A stretch of 64,000 bases of DNA, from positions 30,752,001-30,816,000 of the forward strand of contig OZ024755.1 in the NCBI GenBank assembly GCA_964016885.1. The letters are read 5' to 3'. Source of the stretch: Eledone cirrhosa. Taxonomy: Eukaryota. Within the stretch, counting starts at the first letter, position 1. Every line of letters starts with the position of its first letter. The notes below the pieces were generated by a model. It was not told the DNA's origin. It saw only the letters and a program-made list of their open reading frames with translations, and did no database searches. Of this stretch, positions 45,546-60,302 are shown one piece after another. The position numbers and the translations under genes were made by a program.

Positions 45546-45629
45546 CTCCCTACCATGGTTTCATTTGCGAAAGAAACAATTTATTGGAAATACCAATATT
45601 GGAAGAATCTTCAATACACTTCAGGGGAG
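45546..45629 (-). ncRNA. Hammerhead-like motif with a core substitution
   Basis: CTCCC-CTGAAGT...GAAACCATGGTA-GGGAG: 5-bp stem I, palindromic ACCATGGT, last core base A>T. Confidence 0.6.
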
Positions 45630-47184
45630 TTTATTCTTCAAAACTAAGAGACTATGTTGATCATGAAATTATGCATACCGTTTCCATTGCTGAGGCAGCA
45701 TGCTGTCCAAAACACATTGTGTTGAACTATTAAATGATTAAACCTCTCTTAATATATTAGCACTATGGGACAGGCTTACAATGATGCTAGAAACAGCAGC
45801 CAAAAACACTGTCTGATACAACTCGACAAATTAAGGAGTAGCTAATATTAATTAAAGTGGAATACAAAGAAATTATTAGTGTTAGGGGTAAGTTGATTTA
45901 ATCAACCCTGTTTTATCACTGTTGGTCACACAAAAGGGGGCAGATACAGTCTAAATATGAATAGTTGATTACATTGACTACCACTTTGGGTGGAGATTGA
46001 AAACAAAACTAACAGGGATGTAACTTTATACATTGTATACCCTGCTAGCTTTGAACATATAAAAAGAAAGCTCCCTACCTTTTCAACATATTCACTGGAA
46101 AGAAACAATGTAGTTATTGATAAGAAGAGTTGAAATTAATGCATGCAAGATTTCACAGCTCTAGCATCACTCCTTTATAGTCAACCTATGAACATTTCAG
46201 CTGGCCCTTGTGTATATGTGTGTGTATGTATATGTGTGTGTGTGCGTGTGTGCGTATGTGTGTACGTACGTGTGTACGTGTGTGTTAGTTAAGTGTACAA
46301 CTACAGTGGTGTGTCAATCAAAGCACTCAACGCTGTTACAAGGTCCATCTCATGTAAGGTTGTATACCAGAGTTAAGGCAGTTGTTAACCTCGGCGGGAT
46401 TTGAACTCAGGCCGTAAAGAGACGTAACTCTGCTGGAAAGCATGGCGTCCGACTCTCTACAGATACTGCCAATTCACCGCCCTCGTATAATAATAATAAT
46501 AATAATAATAATTCTTTTTATTTTGGGCACAAGGCCAGTAATTATCCCAGTAAACTACTGGTGCTTTATTTTACATAATGAAAGCTATATCCATTTTCAC
46601 AAGAGAAGACATCTCTCACCGACCACAAATTGCGTTGGAGATTTCCCCGTCGGACGGGGAGAGTTGACAAGTCTGGTATAATATCTTTGAAATAATTCAA
46701 TTACTTTCATTTGATGAATACCAAAAAGACATTACACATATTGTTGTTGTTTGACAATGATTACAATAACTACGATGTAATTACTCTGGGTATTTTATAA
46801 ACAATTAAACCAAAACTCAGCTTCTCCGATAGTACAATTTTCTATCCTATTGAATTAATCCATGGTGAAAATGTGTAATGGCCGCTGCTGCAAACGAGGT
46901 TCTAAGACAGACATCGGACCAGGAAAATAGAATATGGATACTAATTGTGGATCTCTGCTCCCCTTATGGAGTTTACTGAAAAAGAATTGGTATTGTACTA
47001 ATTACTGAAAAGAAGTGGGGGTGTTGCATAGATGTATTGCTCAATCCTAGTTACAAATGTTTCTCAAGCAGCTGGCTCGTGATGTGGGTGAGCACTCCAG
47101 ACCAGACTCCAAGTCTGCCTAATCCTCAGACCACAACAAAAACAGTCACATCAAATTTGTGGACGAACCAGCAAAATATTATTA

Positions 47185-47385
47185 TGGTGGATTGGCAGTA
47201 TCGGTAGAGGGGCGGACGCCATGCTTTCCAGCATAGAGTTACGCCCCTTTTGTGCCTGAGTTCAAAACCCGCCGAGGTTAACTTTGCCTTTCATCCTTAC
47301 GGGGTCGATATAATAAATAAGGCACCAGTAATGCACTTGGGTAATAAATAACTCATTAGTAATGCCAATAGTAGAAACAATTATT
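47185..47385 (+). mobile_element. SINE family A copy
   Basis: A box, B box and core present. Confidence 0.8.
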
Positions 47386-47394
47386 ATATATAAT

Positions 47395-47787
47395 TCGTTT
47401 TTGAATTTGTTTTGCGAGATTTCTTATCTGAAAACGTGTGTTGAAACAGATATTGTTATACTTTGGGAGGGTCATGTTGCCAATAAAAACACACGCACCT
47501 GTCGGTTTTCACTTCAATTTATTATAAATTTCCGGTTGGCTGGTTGGTTCGATAACCGGAGGATTGTTTATATATTGTCTTGTCAAAGCTCTTTCGTCAC
47601 ACATTCTATCACCTCCTCAGTGACTAGGTTTTTATTTTGTGTGGAGGTCAGAGAATGTGTGACGAAAGAGCTTTCACAATATATAAACAACCTTCCAGTT
47701 ATCGAACCAACCAAACCAACCGGAAATTTATAATAAATTGAAGTGAAAACGTTTGTTTTTATTGGCAACATGACCCTCCCAAAGTAT

Positions 47788-47794
<7 letters not shown>
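47395..47794. mobile_element. Hammerhead-bearing family D element with inverted partial copy
   Basis: Homologous to 59015-59270 and 62225-62540; arms about 47449-47620 and 47643-47794. Confidence 0.8.
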
Positions 47795-47832
<38 letters not shown>

Positions 47833-47987
47833 AACGAGTAGGACCCGACGGCTGAGCTCAAGCCGTCTCGACCGGCTTGAGCTCAGCCGTCGGGGTCCTA
47901 CTCGTTCCTATTACCCACTCTACTACCCTAAGTATTGAGTACTTTGGTGCGTTATGGTCCACCTGGTTCCTTACCACATTTCCTCCG

Positions 47988-48031
<44 letters not shown>

Positions 48032-48487
48032 TTATATATATATATATTCAGGTACACATGCATATATACACTCCCACATAATATACTTATGTTTAGATAG
48101 TATTTGCAATATCAATTCCATGGTTTTGCCTATGTGGCCTTTCCACATCAGGTGATACTAAAATGTGTCATATATTTAGCATATCAATACTACTTGGTAG
48201 TTAAGGTGAAGGAGTGTTGTGCTTCGCTAATCAGATCAGATTAAGAGTGAAATCTCTGTATATTTGGCCTTCTGTACTTGCCAGAAAGTAAACATGTCAG
48301 GTAACTTTTTATAACGAAAAGATACTGCATTCTATTTGTAATTGATTATATATATATATATTAAGCCAATAAAAAATGTTTGATGTTGTAGACGCTCTTG
48401 TGTTCTTTATCATATATATATATATATATATAGTAATAATAATAAATTTGAAAACTAAAATCCAAAGAGGGCTAATCTGTTATTTTA

Positions 48488-48525
<38 letters not shown>

Positions 48526-48652
48526 GGCTTCTACAGGACTAGAACTGTCTCATTCTCCAGAATAAAACAGTTCTAGTCTTGTAGAAGCCATTTCTATATT
48601 AAATATTTATACTCTGCTCTCTGCTATGTATTGAGTACCTTACCCAGGATAA

Positions 48653-48716
<64 letters not shown>

Positions 48717-48819
48717 GTATGTGTATGTGTGTACATATATATATATATATGTGTGTGTGTGTATATTTATGTATACATATATATATATATGTATGTGTGT
48801 GTGTGTGTGTGTGTGTAAT

Positions 48820-49148
48820 GTAAAGACCCTGTTCGGTCACGAATGACCATGAGATTTGTAACCCCTCCGAGGCACAAGTCCGGGCAAAGTTGTTTGTGGA
48901 AAACCACCAGTCACCCATGCATACCAGTGTCCCCTTCTGCATGCCACCGATGTTGTCCAAGGGAAAGGCAAATGCCGATACAGCTTGGCACCAGTGACAT
49001 CGCAACTCATTTCTACAGCTGAGTGAACTGAAGCAACGTGAAATAAAGTGTCTTGCTCAAGGACACAACGCAAAGCCCAGTTCGAAAATCGAACTCACAA
49101 CTTCGCGATTGTAAGCCCGACGCTCTAACCCTTAAGCCATGCGCCTTC
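48820..49148 (-). mobile_element. Full-length tRNA-derived SINE family B
   Basis: GGCGCATGGCTTAAGGGTTAGAGCG head, GAGTTCGA B box, CCTTGAGCAAGACAC core, tail running into CA repeats. Confidence 0.82.
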
Positions 49149-49247
49149 ATATGTTTGTTGGCGGGGGGGGGGGGGGGTAATACCACGGACCGCCAGCGAC
49201 CTACTGATTAAACAAGACTGTCTGTGTTTCGTCCGTTTTTCCGTTGT

Positions 49248-49521
49248 CTCCACTCAACTTTTTTTATTCATGCAGGATATTATTTCAAATATGAATAAGG
49301 TAATTCTCTGAACGATTAAGTGCGATGCAGTGTGAGACAAGGCTGCCCCTTTTTATTACAAATTCAATCCATCCAATAAACCTCCACTCAACTTTTTTTT
49401 TATTCATGCAGGATATTATTTCAAATATGAATAAGGTAATTCTCTGAACGATTAAGCGCGATGCAGTGTGAGACAAGGCTGCCCCTTTTATTACAGATTC
49501 AATCCATCTAATAAACCTCCA
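49248..49521. repeat. Tandem duplication of a ~134-bp unit
   Basis: CTCCACTCAAC...AATAAACCTCCA present twice with few differences. Confidence 0.9.
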
Positions 49522-50157
49522 AACAGTTTCTCTCTACCGAATGTATTTCACATGACAAGACTTAATAATTGCGAGGCGTATTCAACCATTTAGCTATGCT
49601 ACGTTAACACCGATCAAAATGATGGGAGCATAATGACATCTACGAATTAATCCTTGATTTATTAGGGCTGGGTTTAGTTACGCTTGCGGTAAAGTAACCT
49701 ACGTTAGATAAGTGACCTTTCCAGGAGAAGATATTACTTATCTACTTACTGTCACATAACTGAGTTTTGGATTTATTTTATTATATTTAGATTGGCAGTA
49801 TCGGTAGAGGGCGGGACGCCATGCTTTCCAGCATAGAGTTACGTCCCTTTACGGGCCGATTTCAATCTCTCCAAGGTTAACTTTGCCTTTCATCCTTAAA
49901 AAGGATCGATAAAATAAAGTACCAGTAATGTACTCGGTAATTGCTGGCCTTGTGCCAAAAGTAGAAAGAATTATATTTATGTTTTGCCTTCTTTTATATC
50001 ATATCGCCGGTTACACGTCTTCCATAGGCCAATCACCGGTTCACTACCTTTACAATGGTGAGAGTTACAAGGATGTATCCGCATCTCTGTGCAAAAGATT
50101 TCGTTGATACGTACATCATTCACTGATATACTTCGGCGATAAATACACGCACATATA

Positions 50158-50701
<544 letters not shown>

Positions 50702-50843
50702 TATTTATTTGCAGGATCATCTTGCCTAATGAGCCTGCGAATGCGTAGGTGAAACTCCAGAGTAACAAGACTCACTACGTAGCCATAATAAATGAATATT
50801 TACACTCTAGTTTGGTATCTTTCTTCTCAACACTCAACTACAT

Positions 50844-50876
<33 letters not shown>

Positions 50877-50878
<2 letters not shown>

Positions 50879-51073
50879 AGAAAGTATGACCCCGACGGCA
50901 GAGCTCAAACCGTTTCGACGGCTATTTCTGGACTAGAAATAGAGCCGTCGAAACGGCTTGAGCTCTGTCGTCGGGGTCATACTTTCTCCTATTACCCACT
51001 CTACTACCCTAAGTATTGAGTACTCTGGTGCGTTATGGTCCATCTGGTTCCTTACCACAACTCCGTTATATAC

Positions 51074-51117
<44 letters not shown>

Positions 51118-51305
51118 AAAAGAGTCAGGACCCCGACGGCTGAGCTCCGCCCATTTCAACAGCTAGATCCGAACAGTTCGGATCTAGCTGTCGAAACGGC
51201 CGGAGCTCAGCCGTCGGGGTCCTGACTCTTTTCATATTACCCACTCTACTACCCTCAGTATCGAGTACTCTGGTGCGTTATGGTCCATCTGGTTCCTTAC
51301 CACAC
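50877..51305. mobile_element. Two adjacent family E elements, each with a fold-back hairpin
   Basis: Palindromes at about 50877-50991 and 51115-51233, each followed by the shared tail. Confidence 0.82.
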
Positions 51306-51334
51306 TGTGTGTGTGTGTGTGTGTGTGTGTGTGA

Positions 51335-51598
51335 AGTACTTTCGTAGAAAAGGTAAAGGAAAGAAGAGTGCTCTATGTATAGTACAGAGCTATTTAATTA
51401 TGTAATAAACAACAATATAATTATTCCATTACGAAAGGTTTCAGGAAACTAGACGATCCTTACAGAAACGTCCATCTCGTTCATCAGATGAAACATAACT
51501 ATTTCATCTAAAGAACGAGCTGGACGTTTCTGTAAGGGTCATCTAGTTTCCTGAAACTTTTGGTAATGGAAAAATTATCTTGTTTATTATGTAAATAA
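51335..51598. mobile_element. Hammerhead-bearing element related to 3590-3740, with inverted copy
   Basis: Shared AGAGTGCTCTATGTA...CAGAGCT...TTATGTAATAAACAA tail. Minus-strand TTTCAT-CTGATGA...GAAACCTTTCGTA-ATGGAA at 51424-51493. Confidence 0.75.
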
Positions 51599-52861
51599 TA
51601 TATATATATATATCATAATTTGGATGGGGGATCTTACTGCAAACGTAAGAGTGAACCATTTCAAATGAGTACTCAATACAAAATACACACACACGCCGAA
51701 GTATATCGGTAAATAATGTACGTATCGACAAAGTCCTTTGCACTGAATGCATATTAATTTGACATGATTTATCCTTTAATAAATTTAGACCAAGGTGTTT
51801 CACTAGATAGGTGGTTGTTAACAATGAACAGTCTTCTGAGAAAATCAAGATAATATATTTATAAGGATACCTCATGCCACACACGCACATAATTCTATAT
51901 ACTCATATAACTATACACACATAATTGGAAAAACAGTTCCCATGCGTGATACTGTCTGAAGGCAGCACTAAAATACACAAAAATGGAAATAAATTTTATA
52001 AGTATTTTAAAAGAAATGCCAGTGTCGAGAAAGATTTGTGTCTTGTGAAAAGGTGGGCACATAAAGATATATAGTTTCAAGTGTTTTATTAGTTTTAAAA
52101 TATATTTTACTTGCAAAAAGACAAGGACAAATACAGAAAGAAAATAAACAGGAAAATAAATAGAAAGGGAGTTGAGAATTTGGCATAATCAGTCTGTTTT
52201 AACAGACGATATGAATTCACCAGTAGTAAATTAGTTTTAGTAAAAGGTGAAATGTAGAGTGGAGGGGGCCGTGGTCTTTGTTTTCTTATCTTAGAAACTT
52301 ATCGGGAGGGAAGAGTTTTACGAAAGTGACATTTTCCGAACTTAATGAGAATCTCACCAAATGCAATATGAGATTTAGTGAAATTTCTGACCTAGCCATG
52401 AATAGAATCTAATGGCGAATGAAGAACACCTCCTCCGGTTTAGGTTACCTCTGATAGAAGCGAAAGGGGGTGTATCTAGCATTGTAAAATGATGTATAAT
52501 CTTCAAGGCCAAAGGTTTTCAAACGCAACTATATAGAAAATCGGGAATGTTGTTTTGCTAAAACCCGACTTCATAAATACGGAGTTGTGTAAACAAAATG
52601 TTGCTTCCTTGAGAAATTATTTCTGTCGACATATAGGGCATGCCGACGCAAACTATTACCCATGTTGATATAATGATTACATCAAGAAGGATTTATCAAA
52701 ACACATGGCCCCAAATTTGTACAGGAAAGACATAGATGATTGAATCTAACTTAGTAAATCACAGATAGATATATAATTTTATCAATTATGAGATGAAAGA
52801 TAAGTGGAAAAGTCAATAGTAACAGAATTTCAACATACAACAAAGTATGTAATAATATTAA

Positions 52862-53048
52862 TAATTGTTTCTACTTTTGGCACAAGGCCAGCAATTACCC
52901 AGTACATTACTGGTACTTTATTTTATCGACCCCGTAAGGATGAAAGGCAAAGTTGACCTCGGCGGGATTTGAACTCAGAATGGCAAGGGCCGTAACTCCA
53001 TGCGTCAAAGCATGGCGTCCGACCCTCTACCGATACTGCCAATCCATT
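52862..53048 (-). mobile_element. SINE family A copy
   Basis: Complete reverse-complement unit. Confidence 0.87.
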
Positions 53049-53705
53049 TCTACGATAGGTACAAGGTCAGCAATTTGGTGGGAGGGGAAAGTCGATTAAA
53101 TCGACCCCAGTGCATTACTAGTGCTATATTTTATCGACCCTGTAAGTATGAAATGCAAAGCCAACCTCGGCTGGATTTGAACTCATAACAAAGTAGACTC
53201 CAAGGTAAATTGCGATGTTCTTCATCAGCAAAACGTAATACAAATAATTCAATTAGGATAATAAATGTGATGCTGTGAGGAAGACGACACGCTTAAAGAT
53301 ATGTTAACTGGTTTGGAACGATAAATTAATTTGGATTAGTGAAAGAGGAGAGATGGAGTGGGTGTCGGGAGAATGCGGAGGTAACAAGTATTTGATGCAA
53401 GGAGCCATAGTCAAAGATCAGATAGAATAACAGAAAAACTGTGAGAGACACAAGCACACACATATATACGTATGTATTAAGAAATATTTGCCTAAGAGCG
53501 TGCGATACGAATAGGAAATATGTGGAGGGGCAAGAGTAGCGTAAAATAAGAAGAAAACAGTTGTTTTTACCTAATATTGAGTAACTTTTCGAGGTTAGTT
53601 TCCTTTTATCGAATAAAAAAGAAACAGAGTCCTGCTTTACGAGCTATTTTTTTTTTTTTTTTTTAATTTCTGACCTCTTTTAGCATTGTAGTGCTCTAAA
53701 TCACC

Positions 53706-53743
<38 letters not shown>

Positions 53744-54194
53744 ATGTTGTAAGAAGTGTTATGTCCAAAGCTGGTAGAATACACAATCCGAGGGACAAGT
53801 TGTATTATCATAAATTAGGGTTAATTCACATTTTCATTTGTCAAATAGGTACGATTCCTTGTAGAATTGTTTACGCAGCTCATCATTCCGCCATCTTTGA
53901 AATGTTGACGGTATTTTAGTTCTACAAGAGAGTTCTTGTGGAAAGGGAGATAACTTGTAGTGTTAGGCTCGTGTCAATTAGTAAGACGTAATTTAGTGTT
54001 GGGGGATCTATATGTATATATACATATACATAACAAAGAAAGTGTGGTAAGAAACCAGGTGGACCATAACGCACCAGAGTACTCGATACTTAGGGTAGTA
54101 GAGTGGGTAATAGGAAAAGAGCCAGGACTCCGACGGCTGAGCTACGGCCGTTTCGATAGCTAGTTCCGAACTCAGTTCTGATCTAAATCATCAT

Positions 54195-54237
<43 letters not shown>

Positions 54238-54307
54238 AGTCAGGACCCCGACGGCTGAGCTCTGGCCGTTTCGATAGCTAGATCCGAACTCAGTTACAAA
54301 ATTCACT

Positions 54308-54345
<38 letters not shown>

Positions 54346-54501
54346 AAGAATTTATATCTAGTAACATATATATACATACAAATGCATATCGATGCCAGCA
54401 AATATATAGGTTTTGTCTTAATAACATTGTGGTTCAATGCATGGGGTTGCAGAACAATAAAACAATAATATAAGAGACGTAAGATAATATGTATATTCAC
54501 T

Positions 54502-54562
<61 letters not shown>

Positions 54563-54576
54563 TATAAATGTATATT

Positions 54577-54639
<63 letters not shown>

Positions 54640-55069
54640 ATTTTGTAACTGAGTTCGGATCTAGCTATCGAAACGGCTAGAGCTCAGCCGTCGGGGTCCT
54701 GACTCTTTTCCTATATACATATATCCCAGTACAACTTTTTGCATGGTCAGGTCATCGGCGACTAAATTGGCAATCCCACTAAGCCTGATTCATGAGAATC
54801 CTAATTACCTAATTTTATAACTCTATGGGATGAAAAATATAACCTGCCTAATGGTGGAGTAACCTTATGAGATTCAAGAGCTATCTAATAGTGTGCATAT
54901 GTGTGTCTAACTAGTGATTCTTGAAACCTGAGCAAAATCCATCATGAGCGCTCCCGATTCAGCAATCCGCATCGCTGAGAGGAAGACCTCACATGTGCAT
55001 TCTGTGTGTGTGTTTATAGAAGTAGATAGATTTGCCTATCACCCGTCGCGTACTCCTTCCATGTACTAG

Positions 55070-55752
55070 GCTGACGAGTATGCATGCCCAGTATGGGAGC
55101 GAGCTGTCCGTGTCCAGAAGCTAAATCCCTCCCTCAATGCTAGCTGCCGCCTCATCACAGGCTGCCTGACATCTACACCTACGGACCGTCTGTATATCCT
55201 GGCAGGCATAGCCCCACCAGAGATACGACGAAGTACAAGTAAGAAGGAGCGTCAACAACAGATCAAAAACATCTCTCTTTGGCTATGTGCCAGGAAAAAG
55301 CCACCTTAAATCCAGGAGAAGTTTCCTAAGGAGCGTCACATCCCTAGGGACATCAAGCATAAGTAGCGAGAGAGTCACTCACTGGGAAGAAAAACTTAAC
55401 AACCTCCCACCAGTAACAACAATGGAGCTAAAGGCGAGCGAGGCACTGTCCCCTGGAGCAGATACAAACTATGTAGTGTGGAAATGCCTAAACAGACTAA
55501 GATCTGGTGTTGGACGTGCAAAAGTCACTCTTGGAAAATGGGGATATTTAAAGGATGGGGACGTTGTGTGTGACTGTGGCATTGAACTACAGACTACGCA
55601 GCACCTCCTGATATGCCCCCTACTGGAATACCCCTGCACAGAATTGGACTTGGCAGAGTTTAATGAGAAAGGACAGCAATGTGTTCAGCTGTGGCAGAGC
55701 CATATCTAGCCAAGCTTTGTAACTGACACTCTTGTGGACACGAAAAAAAGAA
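55070..55752 (+). mobile_element. I-group (Vingi/Ingi-like) LINE 3' fragment
   Basis: EYACPVW...RLITGCL..TP...LYILAGIAPPEIRR; LNRLRSGVGR...CDCG...QTTQHLLICP finger; A-rich end. Clade assignment is tentative. Confidence 0.7.
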
Positions 55753-56372
55753 TCTTGCAAATACCAAATAATATTTATCTAGACGCTAGGTTGTGATAAC
55801 TTTTCTTAAGGACCCGAAAATTTTACCTCGCATCTCCGAGGATCAAATATGAAGTGCTACTCCGCCCCTACAGATTAGCAACCTATACCTATTCCACAAA
55901 AATTACAGACCGTATTGTTCGACCAACGTCGTATGTGGCTATCATCACAACCAATATATTCTGATAGCAAGGTATGACTGATGTTTGGTTTATAACATTC
56001 CTTACAGATAAGATGTTTGGCTTTATCATGTTGGTCACAACTGAAATCTTAGTTTATCATATATAGTAACAAGCAGATTCCCCTCGTCTTCCCCACTCTT
56101 ACTCTCTCTCTCTCTCTCTCACACTGACTTTTTCTGACTATTCACAAGTGTTTTTTAACCTTCATATCATGTCTCCCTATTTTATCTGACAAAAACGCAA
56201 ATGTCATCGCATGATGATATTTGTTTTTGAAATGCGCATAATAAAATACATGGAACTCTTTTAACCATCTTTTGATCTTATATTATTTATACTCCAGTCC
56301 TACAAACTGTAGAGTGCTACTTATCCGATATCTGCATTGCTTTATTATACTACAATAAAACTCACCTCCTAC

Positions 56373-56421
<49 letters not shown>

Positions 56422-56799
56422 CGAAGGAAGTGTGGTAAGGAACCAGGTGGACCATTAACGCACCAGAGTACTGTCGAAACGGCCGGAGCTCAGCCTTCGG
56501 GGTCCTGTCAGAAGCAACCGTCTCCAACTGATCCGGCTGAATCAACCAACCTCATGGATGTTATCCAACCATCTTGCTCGGGGGGTCTACCCCTGAGTCT
56601 CCTGATTATCTTCAGCGCTAAAAATTGTGCATTGATCTGTGAAAATTACAACATTTCTATTATTTCTTTCTTTCAAAATGTCCAAGGTTTGATTAAATTG
56701 TTCATCCAATCAACAATATTGTACGATGACCCGATGATACAATTGACCAATCGTAACTTAACCGTATTATGTGGTTGATGATAAGGCGGTGGATGATAA

Positions 56800-57185
56800 G
56801 GCGGTGGATTGGCAGTATCGGGAGAGGGTCGGACGCCATGCTTTCCAGCATAGTTACGTCCCTTTACGATCTGAGTTCAAATCCCGCCGAGGTTAACTTT
56901 GCCTTTCATCCTTACAGGGTCAATAAAATAAAGTACCAGTAATGTATTGGGTATTTGCTGGCCTTGTGCCTAAAGTAGAAACAATTATATTGGTGAAAGG
57001 GCGGTGGATTGGCAGTATCGGTAGAGAGCCGGACGCCATGCTTTCCAGCATAGTTACGTCCCTTTACGATCTGAGTTCAAATCCCGCCGAGGTTGACTTT
57101 GCCTTTCATCCTTACGGGGTCGATAAAATAAAGTACCAGTAATGCACTGGGTAATTGCTGGCCTTGTGCCTAAAGTAGAAACAAC
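56800..57185 (+). mobile_element. Head-to-tail dimer of SINE family A
   Basis: Two near-identical units sharing a diagnostic CATAGTTACG deletion variant. Confidence 0.88.
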
Positions 57186-57249
57186 TATGTGGTTGATGAT
57201 AAATATGTTGATGTCTGCAGAAAATTACACTTCTGCGAAAGCTTTAGAA

Positions 57250-58084
57250 CAGGGGTGTGCAACATATTCTATTGGCGGGCCACTTTTGAACATTGGAACA
57301 ACTTGAAGATAGTATTAAATAAAGATATATATATGTGTGTGTGAAAATGTTAATATTTGTATTTGTGTATTGTGTATTTTGTATCGATAGAGGTCACCAG
57401 GGAAGCAGTTAAAGGCAATGTTGTGGTAAATAGCATCATAAGACTTTATAATGTCTATACATATAATTTATTTACAAACCAATTACAAATGTTTAGCTGG
57501 TATGCCAAAACAAATTAAGAGTTTAAGAAGGTACGGTCAACTGGTTGGGGCGTTAGCCAGGTCCGTAGTGATGTTTTGCCGTTACATATTGTTTATGCTT
57601 GAGAAACAAAATCAAGAGGCTGTTACCTTAGCGATGTCGAGCTGCAAAGAGAGAGTTTATCGAAAAGAAGCGGGAATTTCTCCCTTTGGGCGGAAGTTGA
57701 GATACATTTTCCTACGTTGCTAGCAATTGGCTTAGCTCAGCCAAATAATGTACAGAAAGGGTATTAATGCGCCAAAGGAAGGTAGCTCGTTACAAACTCT
57801 TCGGGCCAGTTACTGTCAAAAATATGTAATCTAATAAAAAAAAAAAAAAAAACAGTGAATTGAGTCATAAATACATTGTGAATACATTTTTAAACAATAA
57901 AGCAAATAAAATATAATTTAGTTTTATTAATGAGAGACTTGGTATTTGATGGTTTTGCACAATTTATCAATGTCTGGTTACGAAAAATATTATAAATAAG
58001 CCTACAAGGTAAAAATTCGTGGGCCACACTGTCTGGTCTGGCGGTCCGGATTGTGGCCCACGGGTCACTTGTTGCATGCCCCTG
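57250..58084. mobile_element. Non-autonomous hAT (Charlie-like) element
   Basis: TIRs CAGGGGTGTGCAAC / GTTGCATGCCCCTG; 8-bp TSD CTTTAGAA / TTTTAGAA. Confidence 0.82.
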
Positions 58085-58399
58085 TTTTAGAATGTTCAAA
58101 GAATTTTTGGTGTAATGCATGTTGCTCTTTCGACGAAAACATTCTTTATTATATTCCATATTGGCAAGGAGAAACGATTTGTGGAAACCGATACAATTAG
58201 GGTATATTTCGTGGTGTCGTGTCGTGTGGGAACAACCTAAAATTATCATAGAGTGATTGGGTATACACTCCTGATCAAGAATTTCAATGTCCCCAAGTAT
58301 ATATTGACACGATGTTAACACTTCTCACAATTTTCATGATTTTATAAAGAGACACGTGTCATTTTCTTTTTGAGTTCATTCAACAACCAATTTTAAGTA

Positions 58400-58566
58400 C
58401 CGTATTTCCCGGCGCCGAAGACGCTTCGTGCTCGAGAACGCACCCTAATTTTGATAACCAAAAATTTGAAAAAAAAAATAAACAACTTTCGGCCTCCAAG
58501 ATGCATGGTAGATTTCTTAGACTTATTTTAGGGAAAAAGTAGCGTCTTCGACGCCGGGAAATACGA
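58400..58566. mobile_element. Tc1/mariner (pogo/Tc2-like) MITE
   Basis: TA-flanked TIRs CCGTATTTCCCGGCGCCGAAGACGC / GCGTCTTCGACGCCGGGAAATACGA. Confidence 0.82.
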
Positions 58567-58742
58567 TATGTACACATTGTATCACCCTTATTCTGCCTTG
58601 GATTTATGATTAGGACACTCGTGTTTGTGGGAGACTCAGTCACTTACACATTCATTTAATGAGTCGGAAGTTCAGTTGATCAAACATTGAATACTCATTG
58701 TCGAAACCAACGCAACATCCATCAATTATATAAATGTAAAAT

Positions 58743-58918
58743 CAGACCTGCCAACCTCTAAAAACCCAAACGGAGAGTACCATGAAAAAGGGGGCCCCAA
58801 AATGAGGAGATTTTACATAATGAAAGCTATGCCCATTTTCACAAAAACGAGGAGACGGGGAGAAATGAGCCAAAACGGGGAGATGACCCCCGTCGGACGG
58901 GGAGAGTTGACAGGTCTG
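58743..58918. mobile_element. hAT-like MITE
   Basis: TIRs CAGACCTGCCAAC / GTTGACAGGTCTG. Partial relatives at about 7168-7285, 8540-8623 and 46570-46676. No clear TSD. Confidence 0.68.
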
Positions 58919-59193
58919 TTTGATGTATCATTATAATAATGCACAAAATGTTCAAAGAATGCGTACACATGTGCCTCTGTGTTTATATACGTGTATGTAT
59001 ATATATATATCATTTTTTAATTTGTTTTGTAAGATTTCTTATTTGAAAACGTGTGTTGAAACAGATATTGTTATAATTTGGGAGGGTCATGCTGCCAATA
59101 AAAACACGCACTTGTTGGTTTTCACTTCAATTATAAATTTCAGGTTGGTTGGTTGGTTGATTGCTTTCATAACCGCGTGGTTGTTTATATATT

Positions 59194-59236
59194 GTCAAAG
59201 CTCTTTCGTCACACTTTCTGTGACCTCCTCAGTGAC
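59194..59236 (-). ncRNA. Type-I hammerhead motif in family D element (59015-59270)
   Basis: GTCA-CTGAGGA-G-GTCACA GAAAG TGTGAC-GAAAGAGCTT-TGAC. Confidence 0.8.
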
Positions 59237-59272
59237 TAGGTTTATTTTGTGTCTCTCCTTTGTTCTGTCCTA

Positions 59273-59355
<83 letters not shown>

Positions 59356-59766
59356 AAAAGAATCAAGACCACGACGGCTGAGCTCCGGTCGTTTCGACAG
59401 CTAGATCCGTTCGAATCTAGCTGTCGAAACGACCAGAGCTCAGCCGTCGTGGTCCTGACTCTTTTACTATTACCCACTCACTACCCTAGGTATTGAGTAC
59501 TCTGGTGCGTTATGGTCCACACCCAGTGAGAGAATATGCTCCGAAATCATTAGACATGTCCGTCGAACCTGCGGGTCCAGAATCAGACAGATCCACACAA
59601 TGATCGCGTCTCGAGCTGTCCACCCGGGAAACAATTGTAACACACAATAAATTGAGTTCAGATGCATCACTGATTTTTCGTTTTCTATTCTATCATACTC
59701 TGCTCTGTAAGAGCATGGAGTGCTCAACGGGCATACCGCCTATGGAAGCATCTTAGCTACCATCAG

Positions 59767-59798
<32 letters not shown>

Positions 59799-60030
59799 TA
59801 GAAAGTGAGGTTTTTTTTTTACAAAATGAGTGAAAGTATAAAGAAAAAGAGATGAAATCGAAAATGCAACTGGAGTCTTATTTTTTTTTTAAATATATAT
59901 ATTTATTTGGTTCCTTTACCGGTTTCGCAGTTCTTCTGCTTTTCAAAAGGTGAGTTGAGATGGAGGGTCTGTGGTTTTTCTCACATATATATATATATAT
60001 ATATATATATACTGTATATATATATATATA

Positions 60031-60091
<61 letters not shown>

Positions 60092-60302
60092 CAATAATAA
60101 GTTTTTGATTAGATACAATAGATCGTTGTTTCAGAAGTGTTGGGGAATAGAATGTTACTATAGTGATGCCTCTCTCATCAGTATGAAGAATCAAAACAAC
60201 TAATTGGGATTCGACATGTCGAAGCTTAGTAATTACCCTACGGTGCTAATAGCATATACACATATGTAATATTTTGTTTGATTTTGTTGTTTTCCTATCC
60301 AG

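Noticed and set aside
60110-60190. Minus-strand CTGATGA...GAAAC near exon 2 (similar weak case at about 13338)
   Set aside because: Stems and cleavage triplet are too poorly formed to call a hammerhead.
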